DNA from: Candidatus Babeliales bacterium
GTDB lineage: Bacteria; Babelota; Babeliae; Babelales; JANWKD01
Length of the DNA stretch: 64,000 bases
Reading direction: 5' to 3'
NCBI GenBank assembly: GCA_963722255.1
Contig: CAVRJO010000002.1
Coordinates: 544,001 to 608,000, forward strand
This document shows, in pieces, positions 30,596-41,531 of this stretch. Position numbers and translations under genes: made by a program. Numbering within the stretch: position 1 is the stretch's first letter; the number at the start of each line of letters is the position of its first letter. The notes under the pieces were generated by a model that saw only the letters and a program-made list of their open reading frames with translations, was not told the DNA's origin and searched no databases.

Positions 30596-31306
30596 ATGTA
30601 TAAGCAAAATGTCTTACGAAAATTAAGCTGGAAGCAAATAAACTTATTTCTTCAATGCTCTTGCTGTTTTTATAAAGATCAAATATTAAAGTTAAAACGT
30701 CCTGGAATAGACCCTGATTCTTTTTCATTAAATAATGCAATCGATGCTTTATGGAAAAATGAAATTGATCAATATCGTTATCAAAAAAAACCACATCCAT
30801 TAATGATCGAAAATAATATTAATGCGATTCCTTTTTCTGGAAATCTTTTATATATGTGGCGAGACTATCAAGCAGGAGGGATTAGGGCACTAGATTCAAA
30901 TACTTCTTTAGAGATATTCGGAATTATAGATGATATTTGGATTACTCCTAATCAAGAATTAATTATTGTTGATTATAAAGTTACTACTAAACATAAGTCC
31001 TTGGTTTTACCTGAAATCAAAAGTAAATGGATTGAAATTAATAAAAAACAAATAGGTTTTTACGCAAATCTACTTAAAAAGAATGGTTATAAAGTCCACC
31101 CCGTAGGATATTATGTTTTTAATTCAGTTTTACATGATCAACTTTTTTTTAATCAAAGGCTAAATTTCGAAACGATAATCCAACCATATAAAATTGATGA
31201 TTCCTGGATTCAACAATCCTTATTAGATATAAAAAGGTGTTTAGATCAAAATGTAGTCCCTGAAGAATCGGTAGATTGTGAATATTGTAAATATGTAACA
31301 AATTAA
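30596..31306 (+). CDS. PD-(D/E)XK nuclease, Cas4/AddB-like
   Basis: LS...I.LF..C..CFY, GIIDD, VDYK, Q..FY, C-terminal CEYC. Confidence 0.85.
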   Translation: MYKQNVLRKLSWKQINLFLQCSCCFYKDQILKLKRPGIDPDSFSLNNAIDALWKNEIDQYRYQKKPHPLMIENNINAIPFSGNLLYMWRDYQAGGIRALDSNTSLEIFGIIDDIWITPNQELIIVDYKVTTKHKSLVLPEIKSKWIEINKKQIGFYANLLKKNGYKVHPVGYYVFNSVLHDQLFFNQRLNFETIIQPYKIDDSWIQQSLLDIKRCLDQNVVPEESVDCEYCKYVTN

Positions 31307-31318
31307 CTTAGGAAAATT

Positions 31319-32053
31319 ATGAATGGATTTAAATTTGACAAATGGACTGTAATTGAAAAAATTAAACGTGAGGGATTTAGGCAAACTTATTACACTTGTC
31401 AATGCGAATGCGGTGTTCTGAAACCTATAAAAGCACACAGCTTGAAAAATGGGTTGTCTAAATCTTGTACATCTTGTTCCCGTCGTGGCTTAACAAAGCC
31501 ATTACTTATTAATGGGGCTAAATATGGGAAATGGATCATTATTAAATACTTTGGTCAAGATGAAAAGTACCATACTCAGCTGTATTTGGTACGTTGCGAA
31601 TGTGGTCTTGAAAAATATTTAGGACGAGCTTCTCTTGTTTCAGGAAAATCAAAGCAATGTCAATCATGTGCTGGTAAATCTACATTTTCTAAAACAGGAC
31701 CTCAAAATAAAAAGCATTTGTTAAGTAATACACGCACTTATCAGCGATGGGCTGGCATGCATGAACGAGTACGAGGTTATACTGAACGCGATAGACGCGT
31801 TTATAAAGACCGAGGTATAACTGTTTGCGAAAGATGGAAGAATTTTAAAAACTTCTTAGCTGATATGGGGGAATGTCCTGATAATATGCAACTTGACCGC
31901 ATAGATAATGATAGAAGTTATGAACCTGAAAACTGTCGTTGGGCGAGTCGATCAGAAAATTTAAATAATAGACGAATCAGTATTGCAAATAAAGATAAAT
32001 ATATTACCGTAAATAAAAATAGATTATGTGAAATTTGTCGTTGTTTAGCTTGA
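31319..32053 (+). CDS. Phage-type HNH-like endonuclease with two N-terminal Cys-rich repeats
   Basis: CQCECG..G.SKSC twice; RGITVCERW..F.NFLADMG; LDRIDND..YEPENCRWA. Confidence 0.85.
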   Translation: MNGFKFDKWTVIEKIKREGFRQTYYTCQCECGVLKPIKAHSLKNGLSKSCTSCSRRGLTKPLLINGAKYGKWIIIKYFGQDEKYHTQLYLVRCECGLEKYLGRASLVSGKSKQCQSCAGKSTFSKTGPQNKKHLLSNTRTYQRWAGMHERVRGYTERDRRVYKDRGITVCERWKNFKNFLADMGECPDNMQLDRIDNDRSYEPENCRWASRSENLNNRRISIANKDKYITVNKNRLCEICRCLA

Positions 32054-32108
32054 CTTTATCTATCAGGCCAAGAAATTTATCAAACGCTGTTTAATTTTTT
32101 AGGACAAA

Positions 32109-32570
32109 ATGAATACATTTATTACTAATCTCACATCTGATTTAACATCTGCAATAATTGCGGCAGTACTAACGGGATCATTTTTTCGTCGACTCGATAC
32201 TATAAAAGAACAACGTAAATTAATTGCAATATTAAGAGCCCTCAAAAACGAATTTGATTATAATTCTATTCATAGGGGCAATGAACAAAGTCCATTTCAG
32301 AATTATTGGTTAAAACAAGCTCTATCTATGCCAGAATTTTACGAACTTTGTAAACCAATATTACAAGATAGTCTAGAGATTTCTGAATTAATTAATGATG
32401 CAAATATAGAACAATTGGGTAGAAGAAAAAGAGACAATGGTACATCATTGGTTCCTAGTGATGTTCAGGATTTAATGAAGGATGCTTCTTCTAAAATTGA
32501 TCAGTTACTTCCAAATTTAAAAAGACATACTAATTTTTTTGGTTTTTATTTACTTTTTTTACGTGCATGA
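32109..32570 (+). CDS. Hypothetical protein with N-terminal TM helix
   Basis: ORF; near-identical disrupted copy at 43600..45233. Confidence 0.75.
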   Translation: MNTFITNLTSDLTSAIIAAVLTGSFFRRLDTIKEQRKLIAILRALKNEFDYNSIHRGNEQSPFQNYWLKQALSMPEFYELCKPILQDSLEISELINDANIEQLGRRKRDNGTSLVPSDVQDLMKDASSKIDQLLPNLKRHTNFFGFYLLFLRA

Positions 32571-32959
32571 AGAGATCGAATGCTTGAAGTATCAGTATTC
32601 GGCTGTTTTATCATTGATGGTTTTTTGATTCTTGGAACATTTACTTTAACTTCGGCTTTTTTGTTAGTTCTTTTTTTAGGACTCACCTTAATAGTAATAT
32701 CTTGGCCTAAAATATTTAAAAAACGAAAAAGTCTTTCAAGAGAGAAGCCAGCTAATCTTCCAGTACTTAAAGCAGATACTTTGGGCTGATCTATTTCAAG
32801 AAGCTTCGCCGCTGCAACTTGGGTAAGACCTTTTTCTTCGATGATTGTATTAATTTGATATGCAAGTTCTGCTTTAGCTAATCGTTCTTCTGGATTTGGA
32901 AGTTCAAGATCAGCAAATATATTACCAGAACTAATGATATAATCTTTATTTTTTTTCAT
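32546..32959 (-). CDS. XRE HTH antitoxin (HigA-like)
   Basis: SSGNIFADL, LTQ..AA.LL.IDQPKVS, GFSLERL. Confidence 0.9.
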   Translation of the reverse strand: MKKNKDYIISSGNIFADLELPNPEERLAKAELAYQINTIIEEKGLTQVAAAKLLEIDQPKVSALSTGRLAGFSLERLFRFLNILGQDITIKVSPKKRTNKKAEVKVNVPRIKKPSMIKQPNTDTSSIRSLHARKKSK

Positions 32960-32964
32960 AACAG

Positions 32965-33327
32965 TTACTTCTTTTTAATAATTTCTTTATATATATCTTG
33001 AGCCTGCTTGAGTCTACCCTTAATAAGTTCTATATCTTGTTTTGGTGTTTTAATCCCCTCTTTAGATTTCTTCTGAAATACATGCAATACAAAGATTACT
33101 TCAGGCATAGTAACAGTGTAAACAGCCCGATAGGTTCCTGCAGCATCTGATTCTATTATTTCAATAACACCTGCATTGCCAAAACCCTTAAGAGCCTTTG
33201 CACCTTTAGGAAGTTTACCTTTTTGAGCGTTAAACAATCCATAGCCAATAGCATCTTCAATATCCTCAGAAAAGCTCATTAAATCTTTTTTACTGGATCC
33301 TATCCAAATTAGTTCTTTTAGTTTCAT
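32965..33327 (-). CDS. RelE/HigB (Gp49-like) toxin
   Basis: WIGSSKKDL, GTYRAVYTV, LHVFQKKS..GIKTP. Confidence 0.9.
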   Translation of the reverse strand: MKLKELIWIGSSKKDLMSFSEDIEDAIGYGLFNAQKGKLPKGAKALKGFGNAGVIEIIESDAAGTYRAVYTVTMPEVIFVLHVFQKKSKEGIKTPKQDIELIKGRLKQAQDIYKEIIKKK

Positions 33328-33519
33328 ACTATTCCTAATTAAAATATGCCACATTTAGTATATTTTAGCAATAGATTCTAAAAAAGCAAAATCAATTATT
33401 GTAATTATTTATTCAGCGATCTCAATTTTTAAGCTAGAACAAACAGTTTTTATGAGTTGTACACCCATGGTAAATTCAATTTCATGGTTTAAGATTGCCT
33501 CCACTAGGTAACGCCAATC

Positions 33520-33813
33520 TTCGCCTACATGGGTTAATACTACGAAGTTGACCTACGGCTACGATTGGCTGTCGCCAGCAAAAGGAGGCGAAGATTGTCC
33601 TTCGTAGCTTTATAATGCTTCAGCGTTTTTCCCTAAAGCGAAGAACGGACGGCGTATTAAATATTAGGCCAATTTTTTTAATTTCGCCTACATGGGCTAA
33701 TACTACGAAGTTGACCTACGGCTACGATTGGCTGTCGCCAGCAAAAGGAGGCGAAGATTGTCCTTCGTAGCTTTATAATACTTCAGCGTTTTTCCCTAAA
33801 GCGAAGAATGGAC
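33520..33813. repeat. Two 131-bp direct repeats (33520..33650 and 33683..33813), each built from two oppositely oriented REP-like hairpins
   Basis: 3 mismatches; motifs cttcgc...gctacg and cgtagc...gcgaag. Confidence 0.92.
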
Positions 33814-33880
33814 TGGCTGGCCCTAAATAAGAACATCAAAAATTTATTTTCATCTTCAAAACTAATCAATAAACAATGCC

Positions 33881-34123
33881 ATGTATTACGTATATCTTAT
33901 CAAATCCATAGAGTTCCCTAATCAAGTATATGCTGGCTACACTACAAATTTAAAGCAGCGACTTGAAACCCATAATTCTGGTGGTTCTATATATACTGCT
34001 AACTATAGGCCTTGGAAGCTCGTGCTTTACCTTGGCTTTGAGGAAGAAACTAAAGCCAAAACATTTGAACATTATCTAAAAACTTCAGCGGGAAAAGCTT
34101 TTGCCAAAAAACGATTTTATTAA
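33881..34123 (+). CDS. Small stand-alone GIY-YIG nuclease
   Basis: YYVYLIKS, YAGYTTNLKQRLETHNSG, RPWKLV, FE.YLK. Confidence 0.92.
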   Translation: MYYVYLIKSIEFPNQVYAGYTTNLKQRLETHNSGGSIYTANYRPWKLVLYLGFEEETKAKTFEHYLKTSAGKAFAKKRFY

Positions 34124-34144
34124 TATTTTTTCATTGAAAACACT

Positions 34145-34640
34145 ATGAAAATATCAATCACGTATAAAGATAAAACCAAAGATAAAGTAAAAGTATCAGT
34201 GACCTACGATGACTTATGGAATGGCGATGTCACCTTAGCTCGCGTCATTTATCCTTTCTTAAAAAAATACCGTAAATCATATGATAAGAAAAACAGGTAC
34301 ACTGGATATCCTATGCCTTTTGCTCCTGATCCAGCAAAACCAGAAGATCCAGATAATCTAGATAGATTTGACGAATGGCTACAATGTTTGGATAGAATGA
34401 TTTACTCTTTTGAATGGATAGCTAAAAATCATAGTTGGGATGGTCCTGCACAAAAAAAAGTTTCATAAGGAATGCAGAAGAATTGAAAAAAATACATAAA
34501 AAAGGAATTTAAAAAATTGGCACAGGAATCAGAAATTATGCGCATTACTCTTGAAATTTTTCATAAAAAGTTTGAAGAACATCATCAAAAAGTACAAGAA
34601 GGTATAGACTTATTTGCAAAATATTTCCAAAAGCAATAGA
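34145..34640 (+). pseudogene. Phage-like hypothetical protein, frameshifted
   Basis: DLWN.D.TLA..I.P.L..; continuation ..KVQEGIDLFAKYF lies in another frame. Confidence 0.55.
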
Positions 34641-34674
34641 AGACGCAAAAAACCAAAAATAACCTCCATAATAG

Positions 34675-35376
34675 TTATCCTAATTGTTTCTCACTATTAG
34701 TAAAATTAGTATTGCTCAAAACACGGTATTGGTTAAGTAATTCTGCAGATCGATCATATTCGCTAATAAACCAATCAAGAGAAATATCAAGATTCTTTAT
34801 AACAAAATCAATGTTTATCTTTTCTCTATTATTACCAAAATGAATTTCTCTATTATTCCAATCAGGTTTACTATATATCTTACAAATACCAGCGGAATTC
34901 GGATGTGCAAATTCAGAAAGAAAATCGTAACATTCCCTATAACCTGGTATTACTTTATCCATTGAATCAAGACATGTTAGTATATTTATCGATTCTGTTC
35001 TATTAAATTCTTCAGTCGCTATATCTGAACGCGCACCAGATAAAGATTTGGTTAAAAAGTCATTTAAATTATCGAATTTATTCGTTTTTATTGCCACATC
35101 AAGCTTTTTCAAAAATAACCAAAATAAAGCTACGGTTTCCATCAATGCTCTTTGTAAAATCATAGCTGATACTAAGCTATTATTGCTACACATCACAAAT
35201 ATGTTCGCGGTTAGCTCTTCGATCCTTTTAAAAATACATTCTCTTAATGCAGCTGCTCTAACAAGATCTATATTTGAAGAAATATCCATTGGTATTGAAC
35301 TAGGGGAACTATTTTTTAAAATTATTATTTTTTTCTCTATATCATGAAGCATTTTTATTATTCCTTTACTTATCAA
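34675..35376 (-). CDS. Hypothetical helical protein (HEPN-like/DUF5677-like)
   Basis: R.LME and YDFLSEFAHPN motifs. Confidence 0.55.
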   Translation of the reverse strand: MISKGIIKMLHDIEKKIIILKNSSPSSIPMDISSNIDLVRAAALRECIFKRIEELTANIFVMCSNNSLVSAMILQRALMETVALFWLFLKKLDVAIKTNKFDNLNDFLTKSLSGARSDIATEEFNRTESINILTCLDSMDKVIPGYRECYDFLSEFAHPNSAGICKIYSKPDWNNREIHFGNNREKINIDFVIKNLDISLDWFISEYDRSAELLNQYRVLSNTNFTNSEKQLG

Positions 35377-35495
35377 AATTATTTTTGCTTAATGTCATGG
35401 CTTCTGGCTTTCTTAAATTGTTGCTAATTATATTGCAAAAATATAATATATTTGTTATAATTATAAGGTGTTTTGTTAAAAAAAGCGAGATTTAT

Positions 35496-35828
35496 ATGAG
35501 CTGGAAAGTAGAGTTTTATAGCACTAAGGTTCAAGATGGTATTTATGAATGGCCAGTCCATTTAAGAGTTAAGTTTTTAAAAATAGCTGAACTTATTGAA
35601 AAAATGGGTCCTGATGAATTAGGCATGCCGCATATTAAGCCATTAAAAAAAGGACTTTTTGAGATTAGAGTAAAAGGCCCTGAAGGCATCGCTCGAGCTC
35701 CTTTTTGTACTATAAAAGGGAAAATTGTAATAGTACTGAGCGAATTTATAAAGAAAACACAAAAAACTCCACCAAGAGAAATGGATATAGCAATACGTCG
35801 TATGAAAGAGGTAAAAAATGAAGAATAA
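35496..35828 (+). CDS. RelE/ParE (Gp49-like) toxin
   Basis: LGMPHIKPL..GLFEIR, FIKKTQKTP. Confidence 0.9.
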   Translation: MSWKVEFYSTKVQDGIYEWPVHLRVKFLKIAELIEKMGPDELGMPHIKPLKKGLFEIRVKGPEGIARAPFCTIKGKIVIVLSEFIKKTQKTPPREMDIAIRRMKEVKNEE

Positions 35829-36147
35829 AAGACCAAGCTTTGAAGCATTCAAAAAAAGAGCTTTGCAAAATGAAGAAGTGAAAAAAGCATATGACTTATT
35901 GGAACCAGAATTTGCATTACTTGAAAAATTTATAAAGGCAAGAAAAAAAGCGCGTTATTCTCAATCAGAACTAGCAGAGCGCCTTCATCTTCAACAACCG
36001 GCTATTGCACGACTAGAAAAGGGTGGGTACACTACAACATCTGTTGGAAAACTTGCTCAGGTTGCCGATGCTTTGGGTTATTCAATTAAAATCTCTTTGT
36101 CACCTAAAAAGACATTAACAAATAAAACAAAATCTAAAAAGGTTTGA
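35818..36147 (+). CDS. XRE HTH antitoxin
   Basis: SQSELAERL...QPAIARLEKG; overlaps the toxin stop. Confidence 0.9.
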   Translation: MKNKRPSFEAFKKRALQNEEVKKAYDLLEPEFALLEKFIKARKKARYSQSELAERLHLQQPAIARLEKGGYTTTSVGKLAQVADALGYSIKISLSPKKTLTNKTKSKKV

Positions 36148-36172
36148 TTTAAAATAGCTTTAAGTAACCTTA

Positions 36173-36258
36173 AATAAAAATCCCCCGCAGCAAGCTGCTG
36201 AGTATTTTTCCTATGAAACGAAGCAAGCTTCGGGGAATTGAACCCGCAAGGGATTAAA
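36173..36258. repeat. About 85 bp palindromic intergenic repeat, copy 2
   Basis: Near-identical to 2963..3046. Confidence 0.85.
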
Positions 36259-36283
36259 CATTAATACAATCAAGAAATCTTCC

Positions 36284-37429
36284 ATGAATATGCTGCACTA
36301 TCTTCTCATGGCTTTATCATTCGGAGCTCACATAATGGCACAAGAAAAAATTCAATTACCACGGCCAACTGGTTCCTATAACGTTGGTATGAGCACTCAT
36401 TTTTTAAAAGATATATCTCGCCATCATAACGATGAAAAAAGTCGACCTCTTTTAGTGCACATTTATTATCCATCTGTGGAAATACAAAAAGAATATCCTC
36501 CCTATCTCTCGGATACTATGCATCTCTACAAAGAAAAGCTTGCTCATACCTATAAAAAAGAAGATCTCGAGTATTTAGATGGGATCAGGGACTGGGCCAT
36601 GCCTGATGCTCCGATCGATGCAGAAAATTGTCCCTTTCCCGTTCTATTTTTCTCCCCTGGTTTTTTTATGGCGGCACAATTATATTCATCTTTGATTGAA
36701 GAAATGGCTAGTCATGGATATGTTGTGGTTGCAATTAACCACACCGATGCCTGTTGGCCAGTGATGTTCCCTGATGGGTCTAGCCCAGTAATTTTGCCAG
36801 AACTTGCGAATATATTTTCCAACAAAGAGCGATCATGCATGCAAACATTTGATATGACTCAAGAAACATGGATTAAAGATGTTGAGTTTGTCCTTTCATG
36901 GCTGCGAAATCAACCATTAACAAAGTCTCTTGATCTCTCTCGCATGGGCATATTTGGTCATTCATTTGGAGGAAGCACCGCAATTGAAGCGGCACGGCAA
37001 TATGAGACTTTTAGAGCCGTTGTAAATCTAGATGGGTTATTATTTGGTCCCAATTGGGATAAGCCATTTGAAACACCAAGTTTATTTGTTGTAGCGGAAA
37101 AACTGCTAACGCATGAAGAGGCTCTCAATGCAGGACTCACCATAGAACAATTTGATAGCTTGCTAGCAAGACACTCCAAAAAAGTTTTTGATCAATTAAA
37201 AGATAATTCTTTTTATGTAACGGTAAAAAATGCTGACCACGCAACCTTTGTCGATTCAAAGCTCATCAAAAGCCCTTTGCTCAAAAATGTACATAATCCT
37301 CTCAGGGGTATTGAAATCACTCGTGCCTTACTTGTAGATTTTTTTGATCATTATTTAAGAAATAAAAAAGCGACCGTACTCAAAAAACAAAATCCTCGAT
37401 TCCCCGATATTCACGTCAAACAGAAATAA
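36284..37429 (+). CDS. Secreted alpha/beta hydrolase (PAF-acetylhydrolase-like)
   Basis: LPRPTG.Y.VG, FPVLFFSPG, GHSFGG, NLDG. Confidence 0.88.
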   Translation: MNMLHYLLMALSFGAHIMAQEKIQLPRPTGSYNVGMSTHFLKDISRHHNDEKSRPLLVHIYYPSVEIQKEYPPYLSDTMHLYKEKLAHTYKKEDLEYLDGIRDWAMPDAPIDAENCPFPVLFFSPGFFMAAQLYSSLIEEMASHGYVVVAINHTDACWPVMFPDGSSPVILPELANIFSNKERSCMQTFDMTQETWIKDVEFVLSWLRNQPLTKSLDLSRMGIFGHSFGGSTAIEAARQYETFRAVVNLDGLLFGPNWDKPFETPSLFVVAEKLLTHEEALNAGLTIEQFDSLLARHSKKVFDQLKDNSFYVTVKNADHATFVDSKLIKSPLLKNVHNPLRGIEITRALLVDFFDHYLRNKKATVLKKQNPRFPDIHVKQK

Positions 37430-37577
37430 TTTATCCCGCATTAATTAATAGATAATTAATCTTAGATTATTAAGTTAGTTATGCTAGAAGTTCTATTTTT
37501 ATACAAATGAAAAATTAGCCTGCAAGTGAGAACTATCCTCAATTGGAAAAGTCATAAAACAGTCATGTTTTAATAGG

Positions 37578-38240
37578 TCAATCAGTATTTACTGCTAATT
37601 GACCTTCTAGTGCTTTAATTTTTTTATTTGCATTTTTTTCTGCTTCACTTTGTTGTAACCCAACTGATAAGTGCTTAACACCTGGAGCATTATTATATTC
37701 TTTAATAAAACTTGCAATTGTTGCCAGAAGTGCTTCTGCAAGATTATCATACGATGGCCCAACGCCAATAATTTCTGCTGAAACATCGTATTTTTTAACT
37801 ATATCATATGACTCAATAAGTTTTTTATATACATTTTTCGTAGCATTAAAAATTTCTTTTAATATAGTTATAGTATTATGAGAAAGATTAGCTGCAATTG
37901 GATTATACGTAATCTTTAAATTTTTGATCGTTGTTATTAGATGAATAATTTCTGTTGATGGAATTGCATGGGTATTTTTTTCTAATATATCCTCAACTGC
38001 CTCAATACTCTTATTTATACTATGTGCAATTATCTTGTTGTTAATATCATCAATAGTAGAACCTTGCGCATTCCATGTTCTTTTTATTAATTCGAAAGCT
38101 TTTTGGCCTTGAATGAAAGCTTTATGCGCCTTATTAGTTATTAACATTGTTTCAAGTTTTTTTTCCCCTCTTGCATTAAGCCTTTGTGTAAAGGAAATTA
38201 CGCTTGTGGTCACGACAAGAAATAATAATTGTTTTTTCAT
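37578..38240 (-). CDS. Secreted hypothetical protein
   Basis: Signal peptide, 220 aa ORF. Confidence 0.7.
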   Translation of the reverse strand: MKKQLLFLVVTTSVISFTQRLNARGEKKLETMLITNKAHKAFIQGQKAFELIKRTWNAQGSTIDDINNKIIAHSINKSIEAVEDILEKNTHAIPSTEIIHLITTIKNLKITYNPIAANLSHNTITILKEIFNATKNVYKKLIESYDIVKKYDVSAEIIGVGPSYDNLAEALLATIASFIKEYNNAPGVKHLSVGLQQSEAEKNANKKIKALEGQLAVNTD

Positions 38241-38414
38241 AATGTCCTTAGTTTTTTGATATTTTAGTAATCTGTACTTTTTTATTAAAATATCATATTA
38301 AGCTTTTAGCTTGCAATAATTTAAAAATGGTAATTATTGCCATTTTGAAAATAACAATATTATAATAAAGATAGAACAATAATTATGTTTTCTATTAAAA
38401 AAAGGACTTAGCAA

Positions 38415-38894
38415 ATGAAAAAGGTTTTTCTGGGAATAATTTTAATAAGTTCCATCTTTGCGATTTCAGCTGCTATTGAAGATTCCTCAGATAGAGATGC
38501 AGAATTAAATAATAGACTTCAATTTTTTTTTCAAAAGATTAATTGGATGTCTAATCGAATTAACAATTTGAAAGCATTATCAAATCAAACTGATTCGACA
38601 TATCGTGACTATATTGCAACTATTAAACAGTACTTAAGTATCTTACCTGGAGATTATAGCAGATTAAAATTTCAAATTGATCGTACTAAGAAATTGGAAA
38701 AGCCAAATGAATTTGATATTGGGTTTGTTAATTCCGATAGGATAAAAAAAATACTGGATGATCTTTTAAGCAATGAGCCTACTTTTATGGATGGTGCAAG
38801 TTACAGCCAAATAAAACCAGAATTAGAAAAATTAAGAGAGAACTATCAAGATATACTTGATACATTTCAATCTAAATATAATATTTCCTTATAA
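38415..38894 (+). CDS. Secreted hypothetical protein
   Basis: RBS AAGGA, signal peptide. Confidence 0.75.
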   Translation: MKKVFLGIILISSIFAISAAIEDSSDRDAELNNRLQFFFQKINWMSNRINNLKALSNQTDSTYRDYIATIKQYLSILPGDYSRLKFQIDRTKKLEKPNEFDIGFVNSDRIKKILDDLLSNEPTFMDGASYSQIKPELEKLRENYQDILDTFQSKYNISL

Positions 38895-39987
38895 GGTATA
38901 AAGGTTTAAACTTTTCTAATTCTTCACGGATAACCTCTAACGGTTGTTGTGCATTAGGCAACTTCACCTATTTGCATCACTCATTAATTTATACCAAGCC
39001 CTTTGATTATATTTTGCAAATAGCATTCTTAGCTCTCTAGGGCTCATAACATTCAGTGCTTGCTTCAAGCCAAATAGTTGCAAGATCTTTGTTGGGCTTA
39101 ATTCAGGATTATAGAAAACTAAATCAGCAAGCAATGTTTCATTATCAGCTTTATAATCAAGCAAGATAGGCCGCTTTGATTCCAGCTCATCTAAATAATG
39201 CAACAACACTTTCTTTGCAATGGCAGGCTTAAATAACTTCTTCAACGTCAAATCTGATTTTATTCCCAACGCTTTAAACAACTGTTTGATTTTCTGTCGT
39301 TTGTTCAATCGAACTTCCATCCGAAGAATCTCAAATTTCTTTTTTGTCCTGAAAAAGGGGAAGAGCGAATGGTTCATGGCGCTATCTTTATCAATCGATC
39401 TCTTGCTGCTCTTTTTGGCTTTTTCCAAATCCAAAATCTTGTCATAGAAAACAATTTCATATGAGTTGCAATGCCATTTATAACTGTGGCCATCGTTGCG
39501 ATAATCAGTTTGATTCGTGTCTAGAGAGATTTTGATGTTTGCTTCTTTAATTTTGTTGATGAAATGATAGGGCGTAGAGCCATCAGTGAGAGGAATGTTC
39601 TTTGCATAATGAACGCTGGAGAGCTGATGCATTCTCTAGGGCTTCTGCGGTTGTTTCGATGCCCATTTCGTGCAGCACGCTAATCAATTTTTTGATGATC
39701 GCTGGAAAATCTTTATAACAAAGCTCATCAACATTATTGCCAAACAAAAGCTTTGGCAAAGAAAGTTCAACCTTCAACATGAGATCAAATAACCCTTGAG
39801 CATTGATGCGCTTCTGCAAAGTTAAACGTGGTTTGCATTCCCCTTTCAGGAGTTCATGACGTGTTGGGTTCTGTTTTGCTTGCATTATGCTTGACGTCGA
39901 TAAGAGCGTTGCTGAGGGTTGGAATTTATTAGGATGAATGATCTGAAACTTGTCTTTGGTTAATGTGAAAACTATGGTGTCGATCAT
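38895..39987 (-). pseudogene. Rep-like protein, copy 2, frameshifted
   Basis: Highly similar to 28043..29155; split at about 39630 and about 38965. Confidence 0.8.
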
Positions 39988-40132
39988 TCGTTGTCTTTGA
40001 ATATGTGTTAACAGGTGATGTTCTCAGGTATTCAAAGCTAGAACAAATATTCACAAAAAACAAGGCCTTTGATTCAAAAGCCTCAACAGATTTACCCTTT
40101 TGCTATTAAATAAGAATTAAACTTATACATTA

Positions 40133-41041
40133 GACCTCTTCTGAAACTATAAATTTTATGGCATAATCATAATCGATTTATAAAAAAAGGGTAAGCGATT
40201 ATGAAGTATGAAAAATTAAAAATTTCATCAGAAAAAAACTTTAGAAGAGTAACTGGAGTAAAACGAAAAACATTTGAAGTATTGGTTTCTATTTTAAAAG
40301 AAGCGCAAAAAATAAAAAAGGCAAAGGGAGGACGTCCAAATAAGCTCAGTATTGAAGAAATGCTTTTGATGACTCTTGAATATATACGGGAATATCGAAC
40401 GTATCTTCATATTGCGACAAGTTATGGCATTGCTGAAAGCAATGCATTTGAAGCAATACGATGGGTTGAAAATACTCTTATTCAAAGCAAAGAATTTAGA
40501 TTGCCTGGCAGAAAAGCGCTACTGAAAAGCGATAATGAATTTGAAGTTATTTTAATAGATGCAACTGAAAGTCCTATTGAACGTCCTAAAAAAAACAGCG
40601 GAAATTTTATTCCGGTAAGAAAAAACGTCATACTATAAAAACTCAGGTAGTTGTAAACAAAAAAACAAAAGAAATTGTTTGTACAAATTTTTCAGATGGT
40701 AAACGACATGATTTTAAACTCTTCAAAACTTCAAAAATTCACTTCGCAAAATCTACTGAAGTTCTTACAGATACAGGTTATTTAGGTCTAAAAAAATTCA
40801 TAATAATACTTCTATGCCAAAGAAAAAAAGTAAAAAAAATCCTTTAACATTAACAGATAAACAACGAAATAGAGAATTATCAAGCCAGCGTGTTTTAAAT
40901 GAGCATGTAATTGGTATGATAAAACGTTTTAAAATAGTTGCTGACAAATATCGCAATCGACGAAAAAGATTTGGGCTCCGTTTCAATCTTATTGCGGGTA
41001 TCTATAATTTTGAGTTGGTTAAATGAGTTTCAGAAGAGGTC
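40133..41041 (+). mobile_element. IS5-family (ISL2/IS1381-like) element
   Basis: TIR gacctcttctgaaact/agtttcagaagaggtc, TA duplication, IDATE..IERPKK with A8 slippery site, YSGKKK.HT.K, DTGY. Confidence 0.92.
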
Positions 41042-41075
41042 TATTATGATATTAACTATATAAACAGAATTTAAT

Positions 41076-41531
41076 ATGCCCTATTTGAAAATTTTTTCTT
41101 TCATTTGTTTGCTTAATGTTTGGTTTAGCATTGCTCTATCAATGACCTTCGAGAAAAAAGAATCTGATTTTGAAGATATTATTGTCATAGCCAAAGAAAA
41201 TGATGAGCGTATGGGAGCTATAACTTATTCTAAAAAAGAATGTTTGATAGGTGCTCTTGTGGTTAAAAGACCTTATCAAAAAAGGGATAGGTAAAAGATT
41301 AATTCAAACAGCTTTAAGTGATATGCAAAAAAGAGGTTGTAAAGAAGTAGACTCGAATCAATATGGGATGCAAAAGACTTTTATAAAAAAATCGGATTTA
41401 AAATAGATGATACGAAAGTCCCTTTGCAAGATCGAAGAGTTTCTACGATGTTACGCATGAAATATGCGTTTGATAACGAAAATGAACTAAGTCCAACTGA
41501 TGTAAAAATTTCATTAATCAATTGTTCATAA
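41076..41531 (+). pseudogene. Secreted GNAT acetyltransferase, frameshifted
   Basis: LVVKRPYQK/GIGKRLIQTAL...DFYKKIGF across frames. Confidence 0.7.

Noticed and set aside
33520..33813. CRISPR array (given the nearby Cas4-like gene)
   Set aside because: Only two units, each 131 bp, and no cas1/cas2
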